From Candidatus Eiseniibacteriota bacterium (GTDB lineage Bacteria; Chloroflexota; Dormibacteria; Dormibacterales; Dormibacteraceae), in contig DATGVE010000134.1 of NCBI GenBank assembly GCA_035300725.1, positions 981 to 64,980 of the forward strand: a DNA stretch of 64,000 nucleotides, given 5' to 3'. Made by a program: the position numbers and the translations under genes. Shown piece after piece: positions 1 to 9,279 of the stretch. Under the pieces are notes generated by a model. It did not search any database. It saw only the letters and a program-made list of their open reading frames with translations, and had not been told where the DNA came from. Every line of letters begins with the position of its first letter. Position 1 is the stretch's first letter.

Positions 1-6
1 GAGGTT

Positions 7-1317
7 TTGCGCCTCCTCAAGCAAGCGTCGGCCGAGCTGGGCATGCGCGCCTGGATCGTCGGAGGTTACGTGCGCGACAAGCTCCTCGGTCGGCCCCACC
101 CCAATCCGGACGTGGTCGTGGAAGGCGGGGACGCGCTCAAGCTCGCGGAGCGGTTCGCCGAGCTCGCCGGGGCTCAGCCGCCCGTCACGTTCGAGCGCTA
201 CGGCACGGCCCAGGTCGCTATTCCGGGACACCTGGTCGAGTTTGTGACCGCGCGCGCCGAGTCCTACGCGCCGGAGTCGAGAAAGCCTGACGTCCGACCG
301 GCCAGCCTCGAGGAAGATCTGCGCCGGCGCGACTTCACCATCAACGCGTTGCTCATCGACCTCGACGGACACGTCCACGACCTGCTCGGTGGGCGAAAGG
401 ACCTGGAGGCTCGCATCCTGCGCACCCCCGCCGACCCGCTGCGCACTTTTGCCGACGATCCCCTGCGCATGCTCCGCGCCGTTCGCTTCGCGTCTGAGCT
501 CGGCTTCGAGCTGGCCCCAGACGTCCTGCCCGCGATGCGCGAGATGAAGAGCAGGCTTGCCCCACCGGTCATCTCGGTGGAGCGCACAGCCGATGAGCTC
601 AGGCGGATGCTCACCTCTGAACGTCCCCGCCTCGCCATCGAGCTTCTTGACGCGGGCGGACTGCTGGAAGTCATCCTCCCGGAAGTCGCCGCTTGCAAGG
701 GAGTTCTCCAAAGCGGCTATCACACTCATGACGTGTACGGGCACACGCTGCTCACCGTCGAGCGGGTCCCTCGAGAGCTCGTTGCGCGGCTCGCGGCACT
801 GTTCCACGACGTAGGCAAGCCGTCCACCGCCACCCCGGACGGCGCGTTCACAGGCCACGACGTCGTCGGCGCTGAGCTTGCGAAGTCAGCCCTTGAGCGG
901 CTTCGTTTCGCACAAAAGGAGGTCGAGGCGGTCGCCAAGCTCGTGCGCCTCCACCTTAGGCCCGTCTACTACAGCTCGGAGTGGACCGACGGCGCGGTCA
1001 GGCGCCTGACCAGAGACGCCGGCGATCTCATCGAACCCCTGATGGCCCTTGCGCGTGCCGATGTCGCAGCGTCGGCCTATCCCGAACCCGAGAAGCTCGA
1101 CGAGCTGCAGGCCCGAATCGAGGCGGTGCTGCATGAGCGACCATCGCGCCTGGCGCCGCTGGTCACCGGCGGGGACGTCATGCGCGTGCGGGGCATCGGC
1201 CCAGGGCCCGAGGTCGGGCGGATCAAACAACGCCTGCAGGAATTCGTCATCGATGGCGAGATCCCACCCTCACGCGAAGCTGTCCTCGAGTACCTGGCCG
1301 CCCACCCCGATCTCTAG
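7..1317 (+). CDS. cca: CCA-adding tRNA nucleotidyltransferase (poly(A)-polymerase head domain + HD domain)
   Basis: 436-aa ORF with WIVGGYVRDKLLGR N-terminus, RRRDFTINAL nucleotidyltransferase motif and LFHDVGKP HD motif. TTG start lies at the window edge, so the true start could be upstream. Confidence 0.85.
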   Translation: MRLLKQASAELGMRAWIVGGYVRDKLLGRPHPNPDVVVEGGDALKLAERFAELAGAQPPVTFERYGTAQVAIPGHLVEFVTARAESYAPESRKPDVRPASLEEDLRRRDFTINALLIDLDGHVHDLLGGRKDLEARILRTPADPLRTFADDPLRMLRAVRFASELGFELAPDVLPAMREMKSRLAPPVISVERTADELRRMLTSERPRLAIELLDAGGLLEVILPEVAACKGVLQSGYHTHDVYGHTLLTVERVPRELVARLAALFHDVGKPSTATPDGAFTGHDVVGAELAKSALERLRFAQKEVEAVAKLVRLHLRPVYYSSEWTDGAVRRLTRDAGDLIEPLMALARADVAASAYPEPEKLDELQARIEAVLHERPSRLAPLVTGGDVMRVRGIGPGPEVGRIKQRLQEFVIDGEIPPSREAVLEYLAAHPDL

Positions 1318-1393
1318 GCCGGCAACCCGAAGAGCCGGGTATGCTGCGCGTGGTGGTGGAGTCCAGCTCGAGGCTGGGAATGGAGGTTTCAAG

Positions 1394-1903
1394 GTGACCG
1401 AGACTCTGGTCGATACAGTTGGGGTGTCCAGTTCGAACGGTGGCCAGGAGCCAAACGGGGCCGATTCGAAGACGACGGTCCTTGCCCGCGACGATGTGCT
1501 TTCCGGGCATCTTCAGATCAGGGGTGGCGGGCAGGTGATGGGCAATTTCAGCGGCCAGATCGAGTGCGACGGCGACTTGCTCATCGGCCCGGACGCCCAC
1601 GTCGAGGCAGACATCCGCAGCGAGCGGGTGACGATCGCCGGGTTCGTCCGCGGCAGGATCGTGGCGGTCAACCGGTTGAAGATCACCAGCACGGGCCGCC
1701 TAGAGGGCGACGCCAAGGTCGGTGCGCTGGTGGTCCAGGAAGGCGGCGTTCACCTCGGGGTCATCCGAGTCCATCCCGAAGGCCTTCCCGATTCGGAGCC
1801 CATAGCCATCGTAGAGGCATCGCCGCGAGCCGGAGTCGTAGCTTTGAAGACCGTGCCTAACCCAGTCGGCAGGGTCAGGAAGTTCTGGGGTGAGTTCTTC
1901 TAG
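1394..1903 (+). CDS. bactofilin-family polymer-forming cytoskeletal protein
   Basis: Repetitive beta-helix pattern (GDLLIGPDAHVEADIRSERVTIAGFVRGRIVAVNRLKITSTGRLEGDAKVGALVV). GTG at 1394 is in frame with track ORF 1049..1903 and preceded by GGAATGGAGG. The longer upstream extension overlaps cca and is rejected. Confidence 0.75.
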   Translation: MTETLVDTVGVSSSNGGQEPNGADSKTTVLARDDVLSGHLQIRGGGQVMGNFSGQIECDGDLLIGPDAHVEADIRSERVTIAGFVRGRIVAVNRLKITSTGRLEGDAKVGALVVQEGGVHLGVIRVHPEGLPDSEPIAIVEASPRAGVVALKTVPNPVGRVRKFWGEFF

Positions 1904-2510
1904 GCGACCGCCGAAGAAGCCGGCCAGGGCCAAAGCGGCCGCCAAGCGCGCGCCCGCAAAGCCGAAAACCGCCGGCAAAACGGCCAGCAAGTCGGCCAAG
2001 CAGCCGGCTCCGAGCGCTCGGCCTGCCGGGCGCGCGCCGGTAGAACAAGCGAAGGGCGCCCGTCAAAAGAAAGTCAACATCGTGCGTAAGGCCGCGCTCA
2101 GGCCGGCGGAGGCCGCCAAGAAACCGCATCGCGTCGCCGCCACACTGCCACCCCCTCCGGCACCAAAGCCGCCGGTCCCGCCTCCGCGACCAGCGATCAG
2201 GCTGGCCGGGTCGGCCTCGCGTCTCACCATCAAACCTGGTGCCCCGATTGCCACAAGGCCCCAGTTGGAGCTCTCGACCAAAAAGCGCCCGACAGGCCCC
2301 AGGCGCCTCAGCGACGTGGAGCTCGATGAGGATGAGGTGCTGATCGACGCCTTCGACGCCCTGCTTGACGGCGACAAGGTGCGGATCACCGCAGTGCTCG
2401 AGCGCACATGCGTGTACGTCGGCATGGATGGCGATCGCCGCCTCGCGCGCAAGATCGACCTGTGGGTCGAAGCGGACAAGCTGCCGATCCGCCGTCGCTG
2501 GATGGGTTGA
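1890..2510 (+). CDS. Lys/Ala/Pro-rich (histone H1/AlgP-like tail) protein with acidic C-terminal domain, function unknown
   Basis: 206-aa ORF with a GTG start overlapping the bactofilin stop by 14 nt. High GC3 in the C-terminal part. N-terminal KKPARAKAAAKRAPAKPKTAGK low complexity. Confidence 0.5.
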   Translation: MSSSRRPPKKPARAKAAAKRAPAKPKTAGKTASKSAKQPAPSARPAGRAPVEQAKGARQKKVNIVRKAALRPAEAAKKPHRVAATLPPPPAPKPPVPPPRPAIRLAGSASRLTIKPGAPIATRPQLELSTKKRPTGPRRLSDVELDEDEVLIDAFDALLDGDKVRITAVLERTCVYVGMDGDRRLARKIDLWVEADKLPIRRRWMG

Positions 2511-2543
2511 GGTCGTAGCGGCTTCGTATACGCTGGGCACCCG

Positions 2544-3548
2544 ATGATCGAAGAGCCCAAGATCAACCGCAACCTGGCACTCGAGCTCCTGCGGGTCACG
2601 GAGGCTGGAGCGCTGGCGGCCGCGCCGCTTCAGGGTCGAGGCAACAAGGAAGCCGCCGACGCGCGCGCCGTCGAGGCGATTCGTGGAGCGCTGAGCGCGG
2701 TCGACATGAAGGGAACGGTAGTGATCGGCGAGGGCGAGAAGGACGAGGCTCCGATGCTCTATTTCGGCGAGCAGCTCGGAAACGGCCTGGAACCCGAGGT
2801 CGATGTAGCCGTCGACCCCATCGAAGGCACGAGCCTCACCGCCTCGGGCCTGCCCGGCGCGATCTCGGTCGTCGCGCTGGCCGAGCGCGGGACGATGTTC
2901 ACAACGCACGTCGCTTACATGCAGAAGCTGGTCGTCGGTCGGCGCGCGCGTGGAGTGATCGATCTGGAGATGCCGGTCGAGTGGAACTTGAGGCGGATCG
3001 CGAAGGCAGAAGGCCTTCCGGTCCAGGAGCTCACTGTCGTCGTCCTCGACCGCGAACGCAACGCGGACGTGATCGCACAGATACGAGAAGTCGGAGCGAG
3101 GATCAAGCTCATCACGGCAGGCGACGTCGCCGCCGCGCTCGAGGCGGCGCTCGAGACCAGGTCCGGCGTTCACTGCATGATGGGTTCAGGCGGGGCGACC
3201 GAAGGCGTGCTGGCCGCATGCGCGATCAAGACGATCGGCGGGGACATGCAGGCCAAGCTTTATTTCCGCAACGATAAAGAGAGGGACATGGCGGTCAAGG
3301 AAGGGCACAAGCCGAATCGAGTGCTCTGCCTGGACGACCTGTGCTCCGGCTCCGATATCTTCTTTGCAGCCACCGGCATCACGTCTGGAGAGCTGTTGAA
3401 GGGCGTGCGCTACGAAGACGTTTACGCATACACACAATCGATGGTGCTCCGCTCGGCGTCCGGCACGATGCGCATCGTCGACGCTTACCACCCGATCGAC
3501 AAGCTGCGGGCCAAGGGCCTGTTGCCCGAGCAGGTCGCGCTCCGCTGA
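2544..3548 (+). CDS. glpX: class II fructose-1,6-bisphosphatase
   Basis: 334-aa ORF. The full-length pattern is typical of GlpX (LALELLRVTEAGALAAA..., VIGEGEKDEAPMLY, VDVAVDPIEGTSL). Confidence 0.9.
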   Translation: MIEEPKINRNLALELLRVTEAGALAAAPLQGRGNKEAADARAVEAIRGALSAVDMKGTVVIGEGEKDEAPMLYFGEQLGNGLEPEVDVAVDPIEGTSLTASGLPGAISVVALAERGTMFTTHVAYMQKLVVGRRARGVIDLEMPVEWNLRRIAKAEGLPVQELTVVVLDRERNADVIAQIREVGARIKLITAGDVAAALEAALETRSGVHCMMGSGGATEGVLAACAIKTIGGDMQAKLYFRNDKERDMAVKEGHKPNRVLCLDDLCSGSDIFFAATGITSGELLKGVRYEDVYAYTQSMVLRSASGTMRIVDAYHPIDKLRAKGLLPEQVALR

Positions 3549-3709
3549 GCGCCTCGGACGCGGGACAGTTTCTGGTCGCGGCCAGCAAGTCGCTGGGCCC
3601 CGCGCAATGGGAGTGGATCGCGACCGCCCGGATTCTCTCGCGCCAGCGAGAGTCGACCTCTGCGATCGAGCTGGCGCTGGAGGGGTTGCTCGCGCGCGCC
3701 GACCAGGCG

Positions 3710-4333
3710 ATGGTGAACGCGTTCACAGGTGGCTTCAGGGTGGCCCAGACGCGGCTCGCGATCGAGAAAGCCCTGCATGATCCCAATGCGGTGGCGGCGG
3801 CCCTCGAATCGGCCCAGATCGTCGCTCTGGCGATCCTCGTGCGGGAGCAGATGGACCCGGCCGAGTTCGTCGTCGCGTACAGGCCCTTTGCGACCATCCT
3901 CCCCGGTCCGGGGTCGCAAGCCGCGGCGCCCGTCGATCGGCAGATTGCGGCGTTTCTACGCATGCTGCCGACCCTGTCTGGGCCCCGCGAATCCGAGGTC
4001 GCGGCGGTCGCCAAGGTGTTGAGCGAGCGGCCTAAGGCGGCCGCCATGACCGGCCCCGTCATCACCGGCCTGACCGGTCTCGATCCGGCGGCGAACTTTG
4101 CGGCGGCCTGGAAAGAGGTGATCGCGACGGCCAACCAGTCTGGTCGGACGTACGCGTTCCGCGCGATGCAGGACAGCGCCGAGCAGGCCGCTCCCCATGA
4201 CGGGCTGGGGATTGTGGGATTCGCCGGCGTGGCAGCCGGCGGGATCTTCATGCGCGACGTCTTGCCGATCGAGAAGGTGCTCCTGCTCTACGAGCCGTTC
4301 TCTGCCGCCGCGCCTTACGAGAGCCTGCAGTAA
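3710..4333 (+). CDS. hypothetical protein (N-terminus may extend to ~3551)
   Basis: Part of track ORF 3341..4333 downstream of the glpX stop. First ATG after glpX is at 3710. High GC3. No recognisable domain. Confidence 0.4.
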   Translation: MVNAFTGGFRVAQTRLAIEKALHDPNAVAAALESAQIVALAILVREQMDPAEFVVAYRPFATILPGPGSQAAAPVDRQIAAFLRMLPTLSGPRESEVAAVAKVLSERPKAAAMTGPVITGLTGLDPAANFAAAWKEVIATANQSGRTYAFRAMQDSAEQAAPHDGLGIVGFAGVAAGGIFMRDVLPIEKVLLLYEPFSAAAPYESLQ

Positions 4334-4336
4334 CGC

Positions 4337-4405
4337 TTACGCGGTCTTCACCCCGGCGGCCTTCTCCAGGCCCAGCTCCTCGACCGCGACCTCCCGCATC
4401 TTGAA
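4337..4405. repeat. 69-bp duplicate (2 mismatches) of the 3' end of the acyl-CoA synthetase gene, including its stop codon
   Basis: 4337-4405 aligns base-for-base with 4620-4688 except for two substitutions. A 214-bp unique hairpin-rich segment lies between the copies. Confidence 0.9.
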
Positions 4406-4619
4406 TATGAGCGAAAACCTCGGCGGTTTTCGCTCATCGGGGCGCTCTACGGCCGATGATGGGTTGAGTTGCTTCGGCGCAAAATTGCGGCCGGATGAGC
4501 GCCCCTGCTCACTTTCCCCGGGATCGGATTGCTTGAGTAGTTACTCCCTGCGACGCTCGGCGACCTCATGCGACGCTAGGGACGGCCGGAATGAATCCGG
4601 CCTCCTTGTGACTTAATGG

Positions 4620-6260
4620 TTACGCGGTCTTCACCCCGGCTGCCTTCTCCAGGCCCAGCTCCTCGACCGCGACCTCTCGCATCTTGAACTTCTGGATTTT
4701 GCCGGTGACCGTCATCGGAAACGAGTCGACGAACTTCCAGTGTCGGGGGATCTTGTAGCTCGCGATCTTGCCTTTGCACCACAGCGCAAGCTCCTCACCG
4801 GTCGGCGTGGCTCCCTCCCGTGGCTTCACCCACGCCATTACCTCTTCGCCGTACCTCTCGGAGGGCACTCCGATCACCTGGACGTCGCTGACGTCCGGGT
4901 GTCCGTAGAGGAACTCCTCCACCTCGCGCGGATAGATGTTCTCGCCGCCGCGAATGATCATGTCTTTGATCCGGCCGACGATGTTGACGTAGCCCTCATC
5001 GTCCATCGTCGCCAGGTCTCCGGTGTGCATCCAACCCGCAGCGTCGATTGCCTGGCGAGTCGCCTCCTCGTTGTTCCAGTAACCGAGCATGACCATGTAG
5101 CCCCGGCTGCAGAGCTCGCCCGTGGTGCCTCGCGGCACAACCGCTCCCGAAGCAGCGTCAACGATCTTGATCTCGGCGTGCGGGTGGACACGTCCGACGG
5201 TGGACACTCGGCGCTCGAGCGGGTCGTCGGTGGCGCATTGTGTGGAGACCGGCGACGTCTCCGTCATGCCATACGCAATCGTCATCTCCGGGATGTGCAT
5301 CGCCGTCTGGACCTTTTTCATGACCTCTACCGGGCAAGGAGAGCCGGCCATGATGCCAGTTCGCAGAGAGCTGAAGTCGAACTCTTTGAAACGCTGGTGC
5401 TCGAGCTCGGCGATGAACATCGTCGGCACGCCATACAGCGACGTGCACCGTTCCTTCTGCACGGTTTCCATCGTGAGGACCGGATCGAAGGCCTCAGCAG
5501 GTATGACCATCGTCGCGCCATGTGTGGTGCACGCAAGGTTGCCAAGCACCATGCCGAAGCAGTGATAGAACGGCACCGGAATGCAGACTCGATCGTGCTC
5601 GCTGTATTTCAGCGTCTCCCCGATGAAGAAGCCGTTGTTGAGGATGTTGTGATGCGTGAGGGTTGCGCCCTTGGGAAATCCGGTGGTGCCTGATGTGTAC
5701 TGGATGTTGATCGGGTCGTCGAACTGCAAAGATGCCTCGACCTCCTGAAGCGCGGCTTCGCTCGTCTGCGCGGCATCGCGCTTCAACGCCTCCCACCCGT
5801 CTTCCACAACAAGGGCCTCGCGCAGGCCGGGACACTTTCCTTTGACCTCGGCGAGCATTGCTTTGTAGTCGGCCTGCCGGAAGGCCGCCGCGAGGATGAG
5901 GAAGCTGATCCCCGACTGGTTGAGTGCGTACTCGAGCTCCGAGATGCGGTAGGCGGGATTGATGTTGACGAGGATCGCGCCCATCGCTGCGGTCGCGTAC
6001 TGAACGACGACCCACTCGAATCGGTTGGGCGACCAGATCCCAACTCGATCGCCCGGTTTCACGCCTCGAGCCATCAGGCCGCGTGCGACAACTTCGCACT
6101 GCGCGACGAGCTCGCTGTATGTCGAGCGGTAGTTCTGGTGCGCGGCCACCAACGCCTCGCGGTCACCGAAGCGCGCAGCGGTGCGGCGCAGGTTTTGAAA
6201 GATCGGTTCACCCAGGAGTGGGACATCGCTGGCACCGTGCACGTAACTCAGCTCTGGCAT
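4620..6260 (-). CDS. AMP-dependent acyl-CoA synthetase/ligase (FadD/ACSF2-like)
   Basis: 546-aa ORF with [14 protein letters not shown]-binding motif, GYWNNEEAT and [12 protein letters not shown]. Confidence 0.9.
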   Translation of the reverse strand: MPELSYVHGASDVPLLGEPIFQNLRRTAARFGDREALVAAHQNYRSTYSELVAQCEVVARGLMARGVKPGDRVGIWSPNRFEWVVVQYATAAMGAILVNINPAYRISELEYALNQSGISFLILAAAFRQADYKAMLAEVKGKCPGLREALVVEDGWEALKRDAAQTSEAALQEVEASLQFDDPINIQYTSGTTGFPKGATLTHHNILNNGFFIGETLKYSEHDRVCIPVPFYHCFGMVLGNLACTTHGATMVIPAEAFDPVLTMETVQKERCTSLYGVPTMFIAELEHQRFKEFDFSSLRTGIMAGSPCPVEVMKKVQTAMHIPEMTIAYGMTETSPVSTQCATDDPLERRVSTVGRVHPHAEIKIVDAASGAVVPRGTTGELCSRGYMVMLGYWNNEEATRQAIDAAGWMHTGDLATMDDEGYVNIVGRIKDMIIRGGENIYPREVEEFLYGHPDVSDVQVIGVPSERYGEEVMAWVKPREGATPTGEELALWCKGKIASYKIPRHWKFVDSFPMTVTGKIQKFKMREVAVEELGLEKAAGVKTA

Positions 6261-6455
6261 GCGCTCCTCCTCTGAGTGATTGTGGCGCCTGGGCGGTTAC
6301 AAATGAGGGTCGTGTTGGAAAAACAAACCCCTTGACAAGGCCGCCCAAGCGTCGCAACTTGGACGCAGTTCGTTCGCCCGGGTCCACCGCAGTTCACGCA
6401 AAGGTTGGCCTCCACAAGTAGGCAACGGCCGTAAAGCGGCGCAGAAACCAAAGGC

Positions 6456-7793
6456 GTGTCACCCGGTGCGATCCGGTCGAGGCGGTGTCCGCTGCAGGCG
6501 CCGCCTCGTTTCTTGTCCACTTCCACGACAATCGCGGGCGTGACTAGACGCTCGCCGCTCGACGATCGCCGCTTTCGAGCTGTGCTGCTCGCCATCGCGG
6601 GCGTCCCGATCGCCGCTCTATACGCATGGCAAAACGTGTTTCTGCCCATCGTCGTAAGCGGTTACCTCGGCGACTTCACGGCGAGCTATATGCGGGCTGC
6701 GGCACGTCTCTCCGCGGGCCAGGATCCCTACGACCTCTGCCAGACGATGGGTTGCCTGGAGCCGACGGGCCCGCAATACGTCACGCCGCCACCCCTGGCA
6801 TGGCTGCTCCAGCCTGCGGTCGGCCTGGACAGCCACCTTGTCGTAATCGGCGCGGTGATCGTTCTGAACGCATCTCTCGCTGTCTTTCTCTTCTTCGTCC
6901 TGCGGGCCATGCGCGTAGACGACTGGCAGCTGGCTTTGCTGCTTGTGCTCGTGGCCCTGGCTTTCGAACCGGTCAGCGGCAACATCGAAGAGGGTCAGGT
7001 CAATCTCATCTTGCTGGCCCTGTCCGGCGTTTGGCTCCTGGGCTGGATCGCGGACCGGTGGTGGGGAGGTGTGGCGCTGGGGGTTGCGGTGGCGTTGAAG
7101 CTGATCCAGGCGCCCATGGGGCTTCTGGTCCTATGGGCCAGGCGCTGGTCGATGCTGGCCGCCGCCTTCGTCGCGGGCTTGGGGCTGTGGCTGCTGGCGG
7201 CGCCCCAATACCTGCTGGAGTATCTGTTCAAGGTCGTGCCCGCGATTGGCGCCGGGACTGGCTTTTTCGAGAACCATTCGCCGGGCGGCACCGTGGCCCG
7301 GTTCTTCGATTCAACCACGTTTCTCGGGGCCACGCATGGCGCTCCGCTGGCCGCGCGAATCATCACGACGGGGATCGCTGTTGCGGCATTGGGGGTGACC
7401 TTCTGGGTCCTGCGCCGGCCGCGAACGGATGGTCAGGGTAGGGCCCTGGAAGCCGCTGCCGTGGTGGCCGTCGGGCCTTTGGTGGCGAGCTACTCATGGG
7501 GCACCCACCTCGTCCTTCTGCTGCTGCCGATGCTCGTGCTCATCGCGTGGGCTGTGCGGCGGCGCGACTGGATAGTGCTTGGCCTCGTGGCTGCGGGCTG
7601 GCTTCTCATCGGCCCTGGTCACAACCGGTTCCAGGCCCTCCTGATCTCGGGCTACCCAAACATGTTCGTGCTGCGCTTGATGGCCGAAGTCGGGGTGGCG
7701 GGCATCACATGCGTCTGGATCGCATGCCTGCTGGCGCTGCGGCGCTCAGCGAACAGACTTGATGCGGCTCGTGAATACGGTGCCGATCAGTAA
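6456..7793 (+). CDS. polytopic membrane glycosyltransferase, GT87/DUF2029-like
   Basis: 445-aa ORF with many TM helices. N-terminal loop GDFTASYMRAAARLSAGQDPYD is typical of DUF2029 mannosyltransferase-like proteins. Start uncertain (alternative GTG near 6540). Confidence 0.6.
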   Translation: MSPGAIRSRRCPLQAPPRFLSTSTTIAGVTRRSPLDDRRFRAVLLAIAGVPIAALYAWQNVFLPIVVSGYLGDFTASYMRAAARLSAGQDPYDLCQTMGCLEPTGPQYVTPPPLAWLLQPAVGLDSHLVVIGAVIVLNASLAVFLFFVLRAMRVDDWQLALLLVLVALAFEPVSGNIEEGQVNLILLALSGVWLLGWIADRWWGGVALGVAVALKLIQAPMGLLVLWARRWSMLAAAFVAGLGLWLLAAPQYLLEYLFKVVPAIGAGTGFFENHSPGGTVARFFDSTTFLGATHGAPLAARIITTGIAVAALGVTFWVLRRPRTDGQGRALEAAAVVAVGPLVASYSWGTHLVLLLLPMLVLIAWAVRRRDWIVLGLVAAGWLLIGPGHNRFQALLISGYPNMFVLRLMAEVGVAGITCVWIACLLALRRSANRLDAAREYGADQ

Positions 7794-9017
7794 GAGCACT
7801 ATCGCGCTGGCAAACACCACGCGATAGCCCGAGTTAGGCGACACGCCGTTGAAGTAGTCGAGCGTCGGCCCGGCGAAGAAGGGCACCACGGTCTGCGGCA
7901 GCGTCAGCGCGATGTGGAAGAGACCCATGTCCTTGGCGCTGGTGGCGCGATCGGGCAGGGTGTCGCATGCCAGCGCCCAGTCGACCGCGTAGTACAGGCC
8001 GTAGCCGATGCCGTAGGCGATTCCGAGCGCGAAGACCAGCGGGATTGCCTTGGGGAAGAACACGATGAAGATCAGGGCGACGAAGGCCTGGAAGCCGCCG
8101 CTCGCGAATACGAAGACCTTGCGCCGTCGGGTTCGGTCGGAGAGGTAACCGCCCACGAGCCCGAATGGAATGGCCGCGGCAAGGACGACCAGGAACCACA
8201 GGGAGGTGAACTGGGAGGGGTTGGTGACGCCGACAACGTCGCGGAAGAAGTTGAGGAGGTAGTAGGCGACCGCGGTGATGCCCGCAGAGACGAAGAATCG
8301 GGTGAAGATCACCCAGGCGAAGTCGCCCTGCAACATGGGTCGAAAGAATTCGTGGATCGCTGCCCCCAGTGGACGCGATTGACGAGGCGGTAAGGGCTCT
8401 GAACCTTCGCCGCGGGCGGCGAGGGAGGTCGGGATCAGCGTCAGCACCATCACGACCGCGAATGCGAGATAGACCCAGCGGTCCTGATGGGCGCTGACAA
8501 AAATGGTGTTGGCGGCCAGCCCCGCGCCGCTCCCGAGCTGCACCATCGTGGCGAGGAATCCACTCGCGCGCCCGAAGTCCTGCGCCGGGACCACATCGGG
8601 GATGATGCCCGCGAATGCAGCGCCGGCTGCGTTGAAGAAGAACTGGACGATCGCGTAGCCGACCATGATCTGCACGTAGCTGTGAGCGGTGGCCAACACA
8701 AGGAGGCCCGGCAGCGCGAGCAGAGTCGCGACGATCATGATCGGCCGGCGGCGGCCGAAAGGCGTCGACAGGCGGTCTGAAAGCGCACCGATGATCGGCG
8801 GCACGGTCATCGCGAACAGGCCGCCCAGGCTGACGGCGAGCCCGATGGCGGTGCCCTGGTTGGCCTTGGGGACGACCTCGTCGATCTGACTCTGGACGAC
8901 GACCGTCGTCAGTGGCTGCCAAAGGAAGAAGTTGCCGAACCAGAAGGCGCTGAGGGCGAGATGCCTGAGATTTCCAAAGCGTGAGGAAGCAGGCGCCACC
9001 GCCGTGACGGAGCTCAT
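7746..9017 (-). CDS. MFS transporter
   Basis: About 12 predicted TM helices with MFS-like loop motifs. Start moved to ATG 9017 (MSSVTAV...) so it does not run into repeat element A. Confidence 0.75.
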   Translation of the reverse strand: MSSVTAVAPASSRFGNLRHLALSAFWFGNFFLWQPLTTVVVQSQIDEVVPKANQGTAIGLAVSLGGLFAMTVPPIIGALSDRLSTPFGRRRPIMIVATLLALPGLLVLATAHSYVQIMVGYAIVQFFFNAAGAAFAGIIPDVVPAQDFGRASGFLATMVQLGSGAGLAANTIFVSAHQDRWVYLAFAVVMVLTLIPTSLAARGEGSEPLPPRQSRPLGAAIHEFFRPMLQGDFAWVIFTRFFVSAGITAVAYYLLNFFRDVVGVTNPSQFTSLWFLVVLAAAIPFGLVGGYLSDRTRRRKVFVFASGGFQAFVALIFIVFFPKAIPLVFALGIAYGIGYGLYYAVDWALACDTLPDRATSAKDMGLFHIALTLPQTVVPFFAGPTLDYFNGVSPNSGYRVVFASAIVLLLIGTVFTSRIKSVR

Positions 9018-9027
9018 CGGTCCAAGG

Positions 9028-9263
9028 CTAGCGGTCCGCACCGAAAGTGCGACGTGCCTGAGCGGCTCTGGACGCCGAATGCCGGCGTTTGGGGGCCCGG
9101 CCCTTCGGAGTCACGCATCTCCGATGCGCTCCTCCTCGGGCCACCCCTGCCTTGGCCTCGGCGTCCAGACCGGTCGCCTGTGGCGACCTGCCACTCATAC
9201 ATCGCCACCCTTTCGTTGCGTACCGCGGTTAAGTAGCTTTCCCGCGGGACCGAAAAGCTGTAG
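9028..9263 (+). repeat. structured TIR repeat element, copy A (conserved core ~9067-9198)
   Basis: The core aligns with 10184-10310: GGGGCCCGGCCCTTCG..GTCACGCATC..GATGCGCTCCTCCTCG.GCCACCCCT.CCTT...TCGGCGTCC.GACCGG. Long-range pairing TGGACGCCGA/TCGGCGTCCA. 5' end is CTAGCGGTCCGC. 3' end is GCCACTCA (9191-9198) or GCGGGACCG..CTGTAG (9244-9263). Confidence 0.7.
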
Positions 9264-9279
9264 GCTGTGGCCCGCCCCC

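Noticed and set aside
1875-3173. Long antisense ORFs. Examples: 1875..3173 -, 32791..33672 +, 34116..35576 +, 47882..49132 -, 55956..57305 -, 57407..58432 -, 60401..61384 -, 23515..24033 -, 42826..43623 -.
   Set aside because: They lie opposite genes with clear family motifs. Their translations are Arg/Pro/Gly/Ala-rich low complexity without recognisable domains. This is the expected shadow-ORF artefact of a high-GC genome.
6331-6365. TTGACA-N17-CAACTT as the promoter for the GT87-like gene.
   Set aside because: The -35 hexamer is perfect but the -10 is weak. A single hexamer match in a ~200-bp spacer is not sufficient evidence, so it is left uncalled.
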